A DNA stretch of 64,000 nucleotides from a virus (taxonomy: Duplodnaviria; Caudoviricetes): the IMG/VR virus record IMGVR_UViG_3300026442_000101, one strand, 5' to 3'. Each line of letters begins with the position of its first letter. Positions within the stretch are counted from its first letter, which is position 1. Made by a program: the position numbers and the translations under genes. Of the stretch, positions 20,491 to 30,147 are shown piece by piece. The notes under the pieces are model-generated. The model made no database searches. It saw nothing but the letters and a program-made list of their open reading frames with translations, and had not been told where the DNA came from.

Positions 20491-21190
20491 CCGGGTTGGT
20501 GCAAACCATCGACGGCTGCAGATATTGGAGAGCGATGAACTTCACAAGCGTCGCTGCGCGAGCGGCGAAGGGATCCTTAGCGATTTTGGTCAGCTCAGGA
20601 ATCTTCCCGCTCGATGCAATCATTGGCGTCATCAACACGGTGGTCGGTAGACGGTTCTCCGGAGGAAGCAGCGCTTCGGTATTCGGCCCCAACCAATCTT
20701 CGTGGTTGTAATAGGCCAGCAGTTCGTACGATTTCTCAACGTACTGCGGCGACAACGTCTCAGGGGACAGGTTTACCCAATTGGTTTCGCAACTGATTGG
20801 GAAATGGTGACGCAGACCCTTGACGACGTTATCAGCCTCCTGATCAGAAAGATCATAAGGCCAGATATTGATGTCGACCATGAACTGCCCAGTCAAGACA
20901 CCGCGGTCCATCTTCGCAACGCCGCCCCGTAGGTCTTTAGCGAAATGGTAGACGAACTCGGTGTGTCTGGCAAAGTACAGGTTGTCGCCTGTACGAGCAG
21001 CATAAAGATCTTTGTACTCTTGCAGGTCAATCCTGCCGCCCGTCATCTCGTCGAAGTTGTCAGTGGCTCGACGTCGGTACGCTTCAGAAGAAACCAGCTC
21101 ATCGGCGACTTGTTCGTCGATGAGCTTTAATGTGCCGTACCGGCTGTCGAGCACCATATCGATGTCGATTAGTGCCCGATGATTGCTCAT
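20402..21190 (-). CDS. Conserved hypothetical protein with an N-terminal HAD-like IDIDMVLD motif
   Basis: ATG 21190 couples to the upstream stop (TAATG). About 262 aa; the 3' end overlaps the convergent gene by 89 nt. Confidence 0.65.
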   Translation of the reverse strand: MSNHRALIDIDMVLDSRYGTLKLIDEQVADELVSSEAYRRRATDNFDEMTGGRIDLQEYKDLYAARTGDNLYFARHTEFVYHFAKDLRGGVAKMDRGVLTGQFMVDINIWPYDLSDQEADNVVKGLRHHFPISCETNWVNLSPETLSPQYVEKSYELLAYYNHEDWLGPNTEALLPPENRLPTTVLMTPMIASSGKIPELTKIAKDPFAARAATLVKFIALQYLQPSMVCTNPAILQQIYSSRLTELVRLGHLPPDSTVLEG

Positions 21191-21663
21191 TACTTCATTA
21201 CCTGCAGTTTGTGGATCACAGACGACATGGACGAGAGGTAAAGGAACAACGCCCAAGGTTCGGAACGCAATACCTTGAAGTAGTCGTCGGCCTTAGCAGT
21301 CAGCTTGACAACTTCCGCAGGTTGCGCCTGAGAAGCCGCTGGCCAAGTCAAGCTCGCAGCCAGTCGACTGATGACGCCAGGCGAAAGCTCTTCACGGCTT
21401 TGGAAGTTGATCCCGCTACGGAATACGAACTCGTTGGTCATGGACATAACGAGCTCAGTGTCGTGACTCTTCTGCCGCAGGTAGTCGTGCAACTTGATCG
21501 CCGCAGCATTGGAATGGAGGTTGGTCCTCCAGACGACACCAAACTTCAGATCCATCGCTAGACTGAGCAAAGCTTTGGCTCGCTCGGAGTGGACCGCATG
21601 ACGGAGGAAGATATCCTCCGCCAAGTCGATCAGCTCTACGTTACTAAGCTGTCTTTCTTGCAT
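21190..21663 (-). CDS. Hypothetical protein
   Basis: About 157 aa from ATG 21663 (MQERQLSN); overlaps the end of gp149-like by 20 nt. Confidence 0.65.
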   Translation of the reverse strand: MQERQLSNVELIDLAEDIFLRHAVHSERAKALLSLAMDLKFGVVWRTNLHSNAAAIKLHDYLRQKSHDTELVMSMTNEFVFRSGINFQSREELSPGVISRLAASLTWPAASQAQPAEVVKLTAKADDYFKVLRSEPWALFLYLSSMSSVIHKLQVMK

Positions 21664-22378
21664 CAGCTGGTACCGGAGTGGACGGGTCGAGGTTGTTACC
21701 GATGTGCATGCAGTTGAAGAACACCGATGCCGTCTTGGTGGACTTCGCAATGCCCAGGCCCATCAGCTGATCCATGCTGACTTCACCGGTCTCAACGAGG
21801 AGACGCTTGAACTCACGATAAGCTGCAGTGTCACCACCGCGGATCTTCGCAAACTCGAGCATGGTGTTGTCAAGACGACGGGACAGCAGCGCGACGCCTT
21901 CTGGCGACGAGATACGGCTACCCTTGGATTCGCTGGTCGGCTGATCGGTAAGATCATCGATCCGTTGATAGTGTTCGGGAATGGAACGCTTCTTCGACAC
22001 GGTCTGTGCCTGACGACGAGCCGCCAGATCGTAAACCGGGTATTCATGAAGCGTCACGTATTCGAGCCCAGTGGCCGGATCGGTCATGACCAACCGGTGA
22101 GACAGGCTCCGACCCATCGACCTGACGATCTCGTAGTTTCGGGCAATGGATACCTTGTGCTTCGAGAGGTTGGGTAGATAGAACGGGATGACTTCGCGTT
22201 GAGCGATCTCCTCCGGTGTCCGAGCCTTCTTCAGCTTTCTGATGTAAGCTTCGAATTCGGCGTCGGACATCGCAGCGAACTTCGCCTTGAGCAGCTCAAC
22301 GTTGGACTTGTCCTCAGGAATGATCTTCCCCACGTTCTTGAGGATGAACTGAGTGACTTTCTCACGTTTCGCATTCAT
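21644..22378 (-). CDS. rpoB: Virion RNA polymerase beta-like subunit, C-terminal fragment (phiKZ gp149-like)
   Basis: DDLTDQPTSESKGSRISSPEGVALLSRRLDNTMLEFAKIRGGD aligns by eye with the beta C-terminal SLVTQQP..GKAQ.GGQRFGEMEVWALEAYGA...L.E.LTVKSDD. Confidence 0.85.
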   Translation of the reverse strand: MNAKREKVTQFILKNVGKIIPEDKSNVELLKAKFAAMSDAEFEAYIRKLKKARTPEEIAQREVIPFYLPNLSKHKVSIARNYEIVRSMGRSLSHRLVMTDPATGLEYVTLHEYPVYDLAARRQAQTVSKKRSIPEHYQRIDDLTDQPTSESKGSRISSPEGVALLSRRLDNTMLEFAKIRGGDTAAYREFKRLLVETGEVSMDQLMGLGIAKSTKTASVFFNCMHIGNNLDPSTPVPADARKTA

Positions 22379-22384
22379 GGCGTA

Positions 22385-22684
22385 TTACTCCGAAGGGAGA
22401 TTGAAGCGGTGCAGAGTCGGAACGACGTGAGACTGGAAGTACTTCAGCCAAGTGGCTGGGGCGAGGTCATCGCGCAGGCAGCCGCGCTCACTCATGGTGG
22501 ACACGGGAGCTTTAGCGAGCTCGAGACGGAAGTACTTGTTCAGCGACACTACCTGATCGGCGTCACACTGTCTGAAGCCGGTGTAGTTTCGACTGAAGGA
22601 CCCTGCGCCGTCAGGAGACAGCAGTTGTTCCACCTTCTCGGCCAGCGACTGCTGGCCGTTGTTACCATCATGAGCGGATGCCAT
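22385..22684 (-). CDS. Hypothetical protein (99 aa)
   Basis: AAGGA RBS; fills the gap between UvsX-like and gp149-like. Confidence 0.7.
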   Translation of the reverse strand: MASAHDGNNGQQSLAEKVEQLLSPDGAGSFSRNYTGFRQCDADQVVSLNKYFRLELAKAPVSTMSERGCLRDDLAPATWLKYFQSHVVPTLHRFNLPSE

Positions 22685-22695
22685 TGGCGTGTTCC

Positions 22696-24213
22696 TTAAG
22701 GCTTAACAGCCGCCTCTTTCTCGAAGATCTTGTCGTCCTCGACGATTTCAGGCAGGCCCATTTCTTTACGAGATTTTGGATACCAGTACGGGTGGTACTG
22801 ACCGACGCGCATGCGCAGCAGGTCCATCGTACTGAGGTAAGGGATGGATTCACCATCTTCGATCGGCATGAACCAGTACCGCGTGCTGAGCAGCAGATTC
22901 CAGTCATACCCCATATTCTTGATTTCCGCGTACAGCTCAACCGGATCGCAGACGTAGCGCTGATCGAAGTTGGTCCAGTACGTGAACATCCAGAACATCT
23001 CGGCACAGATTAGTGCCGAGCGGCCGCAATGAGGATTCTGACGGAACTTCTGACGCACCTCGGTACGCTGCATCTTGATGTCAGGCGTCAGCGCCATGCT
23101 GTAGTAGCGGTTGTTGGCATCATGGTTGATGATACCGAAACGACCAGCTTCATCCCGCAGGAAGATGAAGTTAGACATCTCAGGCAGCAGGCCGTCTTTC
23201 TGAGAGATCACGAACGGCAGCGGTACGCCGGAGATACCGAACTTACCACGCATGTTGGTCAGCTTGACCTGAATCAGATCGTTCTGGTTGTCAGCATCAC
23301 CCGGCTCGTACGGGAACTCAGGCATGGCGTCCTTGCCCGAGCCGTTGATCATCGGCGAGTAGTGCGTGACGATATAGCAGTTGCCGGTGGCGAACGAGAA
23401 GTTCTCAGGCACACGCTTGAGCTTCACTTCACCTTTGAGCATCTTCAGAGTCTTGACCGAAGGCTTCTTCGGATCGAGCTCATATGCCTGGCCGACCTGA
23501 GAGGTGGCGAGCAGGTAGAAGGAATGCTTGGCGGTCATGTCAGGGATCTGATCGACCATCTGACTCTTACCGCTGTTGACCCGCATGGCGAGCATGTTCA
23601 GGTCTTTGGAACCGACGTCGCCTTCGGCCAGCATATCGACGGCGTTCTTCGCCTTCATAGCCGAGAAGCTGTCCCAGAACGAAACGATCGGGTCGAAGTA
23701 CTCGTACGGCTTGCCGGTGTCCGGGTGCATGATCTCCAGCTTGCGCTTCTTCTCTTCCTTGAGGCGCTTCTTGCAGAAGGTCTTGAGCAGGTCGAACAGA
23801 TCGGTGGCATCGTAGTCGACGGATCGGGTGAAGAACATCCGACCGGTGTCGATGAGACTTTCAGGCATCTTGCCGGTTTGGTCGATGTACTGCATGGCCA
23901 GACGGACCAGCAGTTCCATACGCTCGATGACCATGGTGGTCTCGGCATCGTGGACGTGCAGCACAGCGCGGGAGAATGCACGCAGCACGGCTGCCGAACA
24001 GTAAGCCGCAATGGTGGACTTGAACATGTTCGGCATAGCGCCGATGGACCAGAACAGAGCGAAGCCGCCATTGAGAATGGACTGACCCTTATGACCCTTC
24101 ACCCAGTGGCCAGCAGAAATGTCGAGGACGATCCCCGTGTTTGGCATAGGGTAAAATGGGTCGGCTTTCTTCGCAAACATGTCGGAGAAAGCACTGAGTT
24201 TAAACGGGGGCAT
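22696..24213 (-). CDS. uvsX: UvsX/RecA-like recombinase (phiKZ gp152-like)
   Basis: About 505 aa. UvsX-type Walker A variant GAMPNMFKST, VHDAETT, Walker B-like SFWDSFS, and GGEVKLK-like segment KGEVKLKRVPENF. Confidence 0.75.
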   Translation of the reverse strand: MPPFKLSAFSDMFAKKADPFYPMPNTGIVLDISAGHWVKGHKGQSILNGGFALFWSIGAMPNMFKSTIAAYCSAAVLRAFSRAVLHVHDAETTMVIERMELLVRLAMQYIDQTGKMPESLIDTGRMFFTRSVDYDATDLFDLLKTFCKKRLKEEKKRKLEIMHPDTGKPYEYFDPIVSFWDSFSAMKAKNAVDMLAEGDVGSKDLNMLAMRVNSGKSQMVDQIPDMTAKHSFYLLATSQVGQAYELDPKKPSVKTLKMLKGEVKLKRVPENFSFATGNCYIVTHYSPMINGSGKDAMPEFPYEPGDADNQNDLIQVKLTNMRGKFGISGVPLPFVISQKDGLLPEMSNFIFLRDEAGRFGIINHDANNRYYSMALTPDIKMQRTEVRQKFRQNPHCGRSALICAEMFWMFTYWTNFDQRYVCDPVELYAEIKNMGYDWNLLLSTRYWFMPIEDGESIPYLSTMDLLRMRVGQYHPYWYPKSRKEMGLPEIVEDDKIFEKEAAVKP

Positions 24214-24317
24214 TGCCACGGGTGGACCTCCAATGAATATGCGTACACAAGATAGCAACGTCTTGTAAATAAATAGGCTCTGCTATGAGCTGAACACCTA
24301 AACCGGAGCCCTTGCTC

Positions 24318-25175
24318 ATGCCAAACCTGAATAACCCAATGGAACAGTTTTCCGCCGGCGTGACCGGCACTCTGGAAGACCTCATTCGTCGCGGTTCGAT
24401 GCTGTCGACTGAATCCAAAGGTGTGCCATACACTGCTTCCCTCAAAGGCGTCTTCCGCGAGTTCGTCAATGACGCGTCTGCGTTCTTGAACGGCTTTAAG
24501 GTCGGTAACTTCGCCAAACAGAAAATCGAGACCAAAGAGCTCGATGAAAAGATCAAGCTGAGCGAGTATTCGAAAGTCCGTCAGTTCACCGTCAAGGTGC
24601 CCGCCGGCTTCAATGGTCGCTGGATCCCCTTCTTCGAGTTTCTGCTCAAGGAGATCATGCCAGCCGTCTCGACTCTCGAGCAGACCCTGTCTATCGCCAA
24701 CACCAAGATGGCGGTCGTGCTGAACGAGCCTGATCGTCTGAAGGCACAGTCGGGCATTCGTGATCTGGCGAGCAAGATCGCCCTGGTCGAAGTTACCGAC
24801 TTCGAGCGCATGAAAGCTTTCTTCGATGCCAAGGGTAAGACCGAGGCTTTGGTCAGCTCTGTGGTCGATCGTAACGCCGATATCGACACCGCCTTCACGC
24901 TCTGCAACAAACTGAATGCTGAGCTGTCGGTCGTCGACTTCAACGCCATCCAGAAGCTCTCTGACCGTCTGGCGCAACTCACTGCCTCGCTGAACGAAAC
25001 TACCGATAAGGAAGAGTTCAACGAGATGTCGGGTCTCGTGACCAGCCAGCTGTCCGACCTGTTCTACCAGATGGGTGTCACGCTGACTGCTGGCGCGGTG
25101 CTCATGGACATTACCAAGCAGATGACTGATGCCATGATCATCAGCCGCGATGATCTGCTGCAACAACTGAGTTAA
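24318..25175 (+). CDS. Putative virion (head) protein
   Basis: About 285 aa, GGAG RBS, TATG upstream, MLSTES candidate protease site, all-helical composition. Confidence 0.65.
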   Translation: MPNLNNPMEQFSAGVTGTLEDLIRRGSMLSTESKGVPYTASLKGVFREFVNDASAFLNGFKVGNFAKQKIETKELDEKIKLSEYSKVRQFTVKVPAGFNGRWIPFFEFLLKEIMPAVSTLEQTLSIANTKMAVVLNEPDRLKAQSGIRDLASKIALVEVTDFERMKAFFDAKGKTEALVSSVVDRNADIDTAFTLCNKLNAELSVVDFNAIQKLSDRLAQLTASLNETTDKEEFNEMSGLVTSQLSDLFYQMGVTLTAGAVLMDITKQMTDAMIISRDDLLQQLS

Positions 25176-25184
25176 GGGCATACC

Positions 25185-25217
25185 CTCGCCGTTAGTGGTT
25201 CGTCCACTAACGGCGAG
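25185..25217. terminator. Hairpin between convergent genes
   Basis: CTCGCCGTTAGTGG-TTCGT-CCACTAACGGCGAG, a perfect 14 bp stem; GCATAC immediately upstream. Confidence 0.75.
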
Positions 25218-25224
25218 AGAGCCT

Positions 25225-25641
25225 TTACGCTGTTCGCATACTGTCAAAGACAGCTTTGATGTCGTGCACAATGCTACTTCCATCGGCATACTTCACCCAG
25301 TCCGGAGTCTGCGAAAGCAGTTCCACTGACAAGGTTGCGAACGCCGAATGGTCCGCTTTGTAACGCTCAAGGATTCCTGGTAAGTCGACCTTGCCCCAAA
25401 CGATCTTACAGATCGCGGCTGGGAACAAGAGGGCGCTTGCTCGATTCACCAGATCGAATCGCTGATTAACTTCCGCCAGCTGGTCCTTGGTTGGATGATT
25501 GATTCCGTTCATGCAGAAGTACATCGAGGCAACGAAGATCATCCGTTTGATGCTGTGCTGCTGGCCGGCGGCTCGCTTATCGAGCGATTCATTCCTTAGG
25601 CTGCGAGATGCATCCACAGCCATGAGTTGTTTGGCGCTCAT
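25225..25641 (-). CDS. Hypothetical protein
   Basis: 138 aa with GAGG RBS. Confidence 0.7.
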   Translation of the reverse strand: MSAKQLMAVDASRSLRNESLDKRAAGQQHSIKRMIFVASMYFCMNGINHPTKDQLAEVNQRFDLVNRASALLFPAAICKIVWGKVDLPGILERYKADHSAFATLSVELLSQTPDWVKYADGSSIVHDIKAVFDSMRTA

Positions 25642-25667
25642 AGAGAACCTCTACGATCAGTTGGTGG

Positions 25668-27155
25668 TTACCGCTTGACCGCGTAGTAGATGTTGGCTTC
25701 AGTTCTGGCCCACAACCCTACATCGCCAGAATTCAACTCTACCAGGGTGGCGTAACGGCCTACGAGATCCGAATCCCTCCAGGTCACAACCTTTACCGAC
25801 TTCACTTCTTCCGATAGAGCCGAGAGCTGGTTACGCGTTAGGATGTCGCCGCCCAAGATCAAACGTACCTTGCCTAAGAAAGGCTTTGGTTCGTCTTTCT
25901 GCTTCTCCAGATTGAACTCGACTTTTACATCGAGCCACTTCGTAATCGGGCTGATAGCAGGCTTGAGTTTTCGCAAGGTCTTTTTCTTCTCCTCACGATC
26001 CTCATACACTATATCGGTAATATCGGTCACCCGATAGTAGCTATCTGCCGCCGCAATCCCGTCCAGAGCCTTCGACATGCTCTCCCATTGAGCAGCGCCA
26101 CGGAAGCCCAAACCGACCGGCTTAAGCTCAACGAGAAGCTCGATCTTCTTCGCATCGAGGAGGTCGATTCGCTTAGGATCGTTGAACAGGAAGGTCGCTC
26201 CATATTCGTCCAGCTCTTTGTACGTACGTGGCGAGAAGATGGCATCCAGATGCGCGATGACGATAGCACCGTATTTCTTCGGATCCTTGCTGATCGCATT
26301 CAGGCGCAGCTTCTCCATCACAGGGTCGGGAGACTTTGTCCTGACCACACCCAGGAAGTTATCGGCGTAACGCTTGCCGAGAAGATCGTCTTCCTTATCC
26401 TTGGTGCCGTGTGCGCCGACGTAATACTCAGTTGAACCATCCGGTAGCTTGTACTGGAGGTCGTTGGTCGAGAAGTACCAACGAGGAGCTTGCAGGATTC
26501 GAGGAGCCGTGTTCTTCAAGCCCCAATAGCCCTGAGCTTCCTTCTCCGTCTTGATGATGTTCTCGTTGTCGTTGGTACCGAGCACGATACCGCGGGTAGC
26601 CAAGGCGTCAGCCAAGGTGTTACCGATGCTCGCATCACGCGGGATCCAGTTGACAGTGAAGTTCGCCGTTTCGCGAAGACGGTTTCTGATCTCAACGACC
26701 TGTTCCCACATCTTGCGATACTGGACAGGTCCGCCTTTAGTGGTCATCCAGTTACGCTGGATCCACGTATCGGTCATCACGAGACCTTTGACGCAGAACT
26801 GCGAGTCGGAGAAGAACTTAGCCTCGGTGATCTGAGGGTTCTCTTCCAGCCACTTCATTCCCTGATAAAGGGCATAGAGCTCTACTTCGTTGTTGCTGGC
26901 GTACGTCTTACCTCCACCGATGATATCGATGTACTTGTCGAGGGTGACTTTATTACCAACGATCGGATGACCCTCGACTATGTTGCCGAGGTAGCCGTTG
27001 TCGGACGGTACTGCTTTCGGATTGCCGGTACCTTTCTTCGGAAGTTCATCGAAGTAGGTGTAGCCGTGGACGCCCCAACCACCAATCCGTTTCTCCGGAA
27101 GGTAGCCGCCGTCCACGTAAATCACGGCCCGAGTAGACACTGCGGTCTCAGACAT
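25668..27155 (-). CDS. rnhA: Ribonuclease H-like protein with a long C-terminal extension (phiKZ gp155-like)
   Basis: RNase HI catalytic set: YVDGG, GGWG, NNEVEL, FSDSQFCVKG, NTLADALATRG. Confidence 0.85.
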   Translation of the reverse strand: MSETAVSTRAVIYVDGGYLPEKRIGGWGVHGYTYFDELPKKGTGNPKAVPSDNGYLGNIVEGHPIVGNKVTLDKYIDIIGGGKTYASNNEVELYALYQGMKWLEENPQITEAKFFSDSQFCVKGLVMTDTWIQRNWMTTKGGPVQYRKMWEQVVEIRNRLRETANFTVNWIPRDASIGNTLADALATRGIVLGTNDNENIIKTEKEAQGYWGLKNTAPRILQAPRWYFSTNDLQYKLPDGSTEYYVGAHGTKDKEDDLLGKRYADNFLGVVRTKSPDPVMEKLRLNAISKDPKKYGAIVIAHLDAIFSPRTYKELDEYGATFLFNDPKRIDLLDAKKIELLVELKPVGLGFRGAAQWESMSKALDGIAAADSYYRVTDITDIVYEDREEKKKTLRKLKPAISPITKWLDVKVEFNLEKQKDEPKPFLGKVRLILGGDILTRNQLSALSEEVKSVKVVTWRDSDLVGRYATLVELNSGDVGLWARTEANIYYAVKR

Positions 27156-27206
27156 CTCAAGTTCCTTGCTTGTACTCTCTAAATGATTAGCAGGCCCGGT
27201 AGCTTT

Positions 27207-27563
27207 TTAAATCTTCGGGTGATCGAGGTTACATTGGAACTGTTCTTTCAGCTCCTCGTACTGCTTCCTCAATTCTGAGATGTGAGCAAAGAGCGCGTCG
27301 ATTAACGCCTTCGAGTCATCAGGGTCCATTTTACTGATGTCAGGAAGGTTGGCCACATGGTACGTGGCGAGCTCGGCCTTCTCGATCGCCTTACATTCCC
27401 TCTCCATCAGACGCTCGACTCGTGGTTTGAGTCGCTCATCAACTCGGGTGAGATCCGGGTCGATGTTGATATTGTTGTAGATCTGAATGGACGCCGGGGT
27501 GATCGGCGTGCATGACCCCAAGAGCAGGAGAGGTATTTGGATCAAGAGTCTAGGGTTGGACAT
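27207..27563 (-). CDS. Lipoprotein, candidate outer-membrane spanin (Rz1-like)
   Basis: Signal peptide with lipobox LLGS-C (Cys18), a Pro-containing linker, then a coiled-coil segment. Confidence 0.55.
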   Translation of the reverse strand: MSNPRLLIQIPLLLLGSCTPITPASIQIYNNINIDPDLTRVDERLKPRVERLMERECKAIEKAELATYHVANLPDISKMDPDDSKALIDALFAHISELRKQYEELKEQFQCNLDHPKI

Positions 27564-27566
27564 TGG

Positions 27567-28022
27567 TTACTTCCCGTCTTGTTCAAGCGAGCGCAAACGT
27601 TGTTCGATGTAGAACTTGATACTCACATCGTCCGGTAGTTTGGACCGAGTTCTACGCGGTGGCTTTGCGTCGGGTGGTTGGTGTTGATGGTTGGTAGGGC
27701 TTTGGGGAGGTTCCCGAGTGTTCAGGGCTTTAAGCAAGCTTTGCTTATCCATCTCCAAAGCAGCATTCCGCTCCTTCAATTCTTCGACAGTGCGAACCTG
27801 GTGTTCATAGACGAACTTCAGGCGGTCGAGTTCCTTCAGCGCAGTATCAGCGACTTCGCTTATATAGAGAAACAGTACGAACAGGAATATCAGACAGCCG
27901 CTGAGGATGCTCGCCAGTTTGTTATCTAGTAAGAAAGCCCTGAGGTCTTTGTCCTTCAGGATGATTTCGCGTGCCAAAGGGAAGAGAGACTTCAGTATGA
28001 GTAGCAGCGTTGTACCTGACAC
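27567..28022 (-). CDS. Membrane-anchored coiled-coil protein, candidate inner-membrane spanin (Rz-like)
   Basis: GTG start with GAGG RBS; TM segment LASILSGCLIFLFVLFLYI, a heptad coiled coil, a Pro-rich hinge and a C-terminal helix. Confidence 0.55.
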   Translation of the reverse strand: MSGTTLLLILKSLFPLAREIILKDKDLRAFLLDNKLASILSGCLIFLFVLFLYISEVADTALKELDRLKFVYEHQVRTVEELKERNAALEMDKQSLLKALNTREPPQSPTNHQHQPPDAKPPRRTRSKLPDDVSIKFYIEQRLRSLEQDGK

Positions 28023-28130
28023 TGTGAGGTCCTCTGAAACAATTCCCTTGAAAATGATATAGCTTGAGACTACACGGTGTAATTATTTACGCTAACATCC
28101 AGTCATACCTTTCGCCGCTCGCGCATTGAG

Positions 28131-29459
28131 GTGTATAACGTGAAAATTTTCAAGGCATTTGCCCAGATCGGACCGCTGACCGATAACACGGACAACGTGG
28201 TGGCTCCGGTCGGCGAGCTGGCTCCTATGTCGCGAACGTTCGTTCGTGGCTATACCGAGTACGTGCATTCCGACTTTCCTGGCGACCTTACCCTGATCGG
28301 CTTCTCCTACAAAGAGGAAGATGTCAAGAAGGCCGTCCCGGACACCACTTCCTATGCTTGCCTCAAGGTAATCTCCTGGGTCTACGGCCAGGCTCGCCTC
28401 GGTAAGTTCACCGAGCAGAAGGACTCGTTCCAGCAGCCGTTCATCCAACAGTTCGGCACTGAGTTCGATCTCGTAAGTTCAGGTGAGCATGTAGCATTCG
28501 GCAACTACTGGTCCCCTGAGTACATCGAGTTCGCTCCGTACCAGCAAGACGCGACCACCCGCTGGCGCGTATGGTTCTCGGACGATGCGTTCTATAACCA
28601 GTTCGACGAATTCCAGCACATGGTCGTACCGCCGGTTGTTCCGGTGGATCAGTTCTTCGACGACTTCAACGGTGTGACCGATCTGGTAGCGGCTATCAAG
28701 CAAGCCGATATCTTTGATCGCATCCGAGTGGCTCGTGGCAAGTTCCCAGAGACCGTTCTGCGTACCGACATGTTCCAGTGGCATGATCGGGCCGACAAGA
28801 CGCTCACCGTCGACACCGACTGGGTAACCGTCATCTACGGCGCCGCTGGCGACAACCTTGACGCTACCAAGGAAGCGATCCGTAACTACATTCTGGCGAA
28901 CACCACTCACACTCGCGACGAGTGGGCAGTGATCTTCCCTGACCTTTTTACGTCGACCGAGTTCATCTTCACCCCGATGGCGACTGACTACGCTGTCCCA
29001 AACGGTGATCGTGACCACGGTATCTATTCTGGTCAGACCTCCATCCAGAAAGCGATCCGGATGTGCCGTAAGACCTGCAAAGGTGTGAAGTACACCAACG
29101 CCCACATCGACAAGGTGATCTGCATCGTCCCGACGCAGTTCCGCTCGATCATGTGTTCGGTGGTGGGTGGTCCTGAGAACCGTGACGGTATCGACCTGTT
29201 CATGGAACGCTACCCGGACTACATCAACGCGTCCTTCACCCACCAGGACTTCATGGCCATGAGCGAGGAGACTCGCGGCTTCTGCTACATGCTCGCTGAA
29301 ATGATCATGCACGCAGAAGAGATGACCGTGGACTCGGGCGTGCCGCAAGGCTACAACCGAATCATCCGTGACGGTATCGTCTACATCGCGAAGAGCTACA
29401 AGAACTTCCTCTATCTGGTAGTGGCGTTCTCGAGCGTCAAAGCTACGGGAGTGGTATAA
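28131..29459 (+). CDS. Virion structural protein
   Basis: 442 aa, strong codon bias; resembles the conserved protein beside RNase H in phiKZ-like phages (synteny). Confidence 0.7.
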   Translation: MYNVKIFKAFAQIGPLTDNTDNVVAPVGELAPMSRTFVRGYTEYVHSDFPGDLTLIGFSYKEEDVKKAVPDTTSYACLKVISWVYGQARLGKFTEQKDSFQQPFIQQFGTEFDLVSSGEHVAFGNYWSPEYIEFAPYQQDATTRWRVWFSDDAFYNQFDEFQHMVVPPVVPVDQFFDDFNGVTDLVAAIKQADIFDRIRVARGKFPETVLRTDMFQWHDRADKTLTVDTDWVTVIYGAAGDNLDATKEAIRNYILANTTHTRDEWAVIFPDLFTSTEFIFTPMATDYAVPNGDRDHGIYSGQTSIQKAIRMCRKTCKGVKYTNAHIDKVICIVPTQFRSIMCSVVGGPENRDGIDLFMERYPDYINASFTHQDFMAMSEETRGFCYMLAEMIMHAEEMTVDSGVPQGYNRIIRDGIVYIAKSYKNFLYLVVAFSSVKATGVV

Positions 29460-29462
29460 ACC

Positions 29463-30107
29463 ATGGCGAGAGTAACTCCGCCTCCAGGTGCGACGGGGTT
29501 ATTCCAACTCCGTCTACCGTTCGAGGCTAAGCCCACTCTATCGTACACCGTTGGAGCGATCCGTTCCTTCGCTGAGATGATCAGTCAGGGCGATGATCCG
29601 ATCAAGATGGTCTACACCCCTAACCAACTGACGCAGGCTGATTATGATGCCGACGTTGAGGCTGGGGCGTACGTCATCACGTTGATGACACCATCGCAGC
29701 TACCGCTATACGTGCCTGATACGTATATCGTCTCTTATCCGAACATGGGCACCGTACCTCACAGCGAAGTCGTGCTGTGCGTACCGCTCGGTATCCTGCC
29801 GGACACCTACGATCTGACTCGTGCTATCCAGGCGTGCCAGACCGCGGTGGAGGACGACTGTGGTATCACTACGGTGGTGACCGCTGCGACCATCCCGACC
29901 GTTGATGTGGTGACTCAGGCTCAGGCTGTAGCAGCACAAGCCGCCCGAACTGCCGCTATCAAAAATAAGACGACCTACTTCTCGCAGACATTGTTCTTGC
30001 AAGAGCAGGTCGAGAACTACAAGGTCAGTGAGGCTGCGCTCATTCAACTTGTCGAATCCCTGCAAGCCAGGATCGATGAGCTCGAAGGTTCGGCTCCAGG
30101 TACGTAA
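29463..30107 (+). CDS. Hypothetical, probably structural protein
   Basis: 214 aa, cotranscribed with the upstream gene; C-terminal coiled coil. Confidence 0.75.
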   Translation: MARVTPPPGATGLFQLRLPFEAKPTLSYTVGAIRSFAEMISQGDDPIKMVYTPNQLTQADYDADVEAGAYVITLMTPSQLPLYVPDTYIVSYPNMGTVPHSEVVLCVPLGILPDTYDLTRAIQACQTAVEDDCGITTVVTAATIPTVDVVTQAQAVAAQAARTAAIKNKTTYFSQTLFLQEQVENYKVSEAALIQLVESLQARIDELEGSAPGT

Positions 30108-30111
30108 ACGA

Positions 30112-30144
30112 CATAGAGGCCGGGGACTTACCCCGGCCTCTATG
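30112..30144. terminator. GCATAG-family hairpin between convergent genes
   Basis: CATAGAGGCCGGGG-ACTTA-CCCCGGCCTCTATG, a perfect 14 bp stem nearly identical to 17415..17447. Confidence 0.75.
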
Positions 30145-30147
30145 CTG

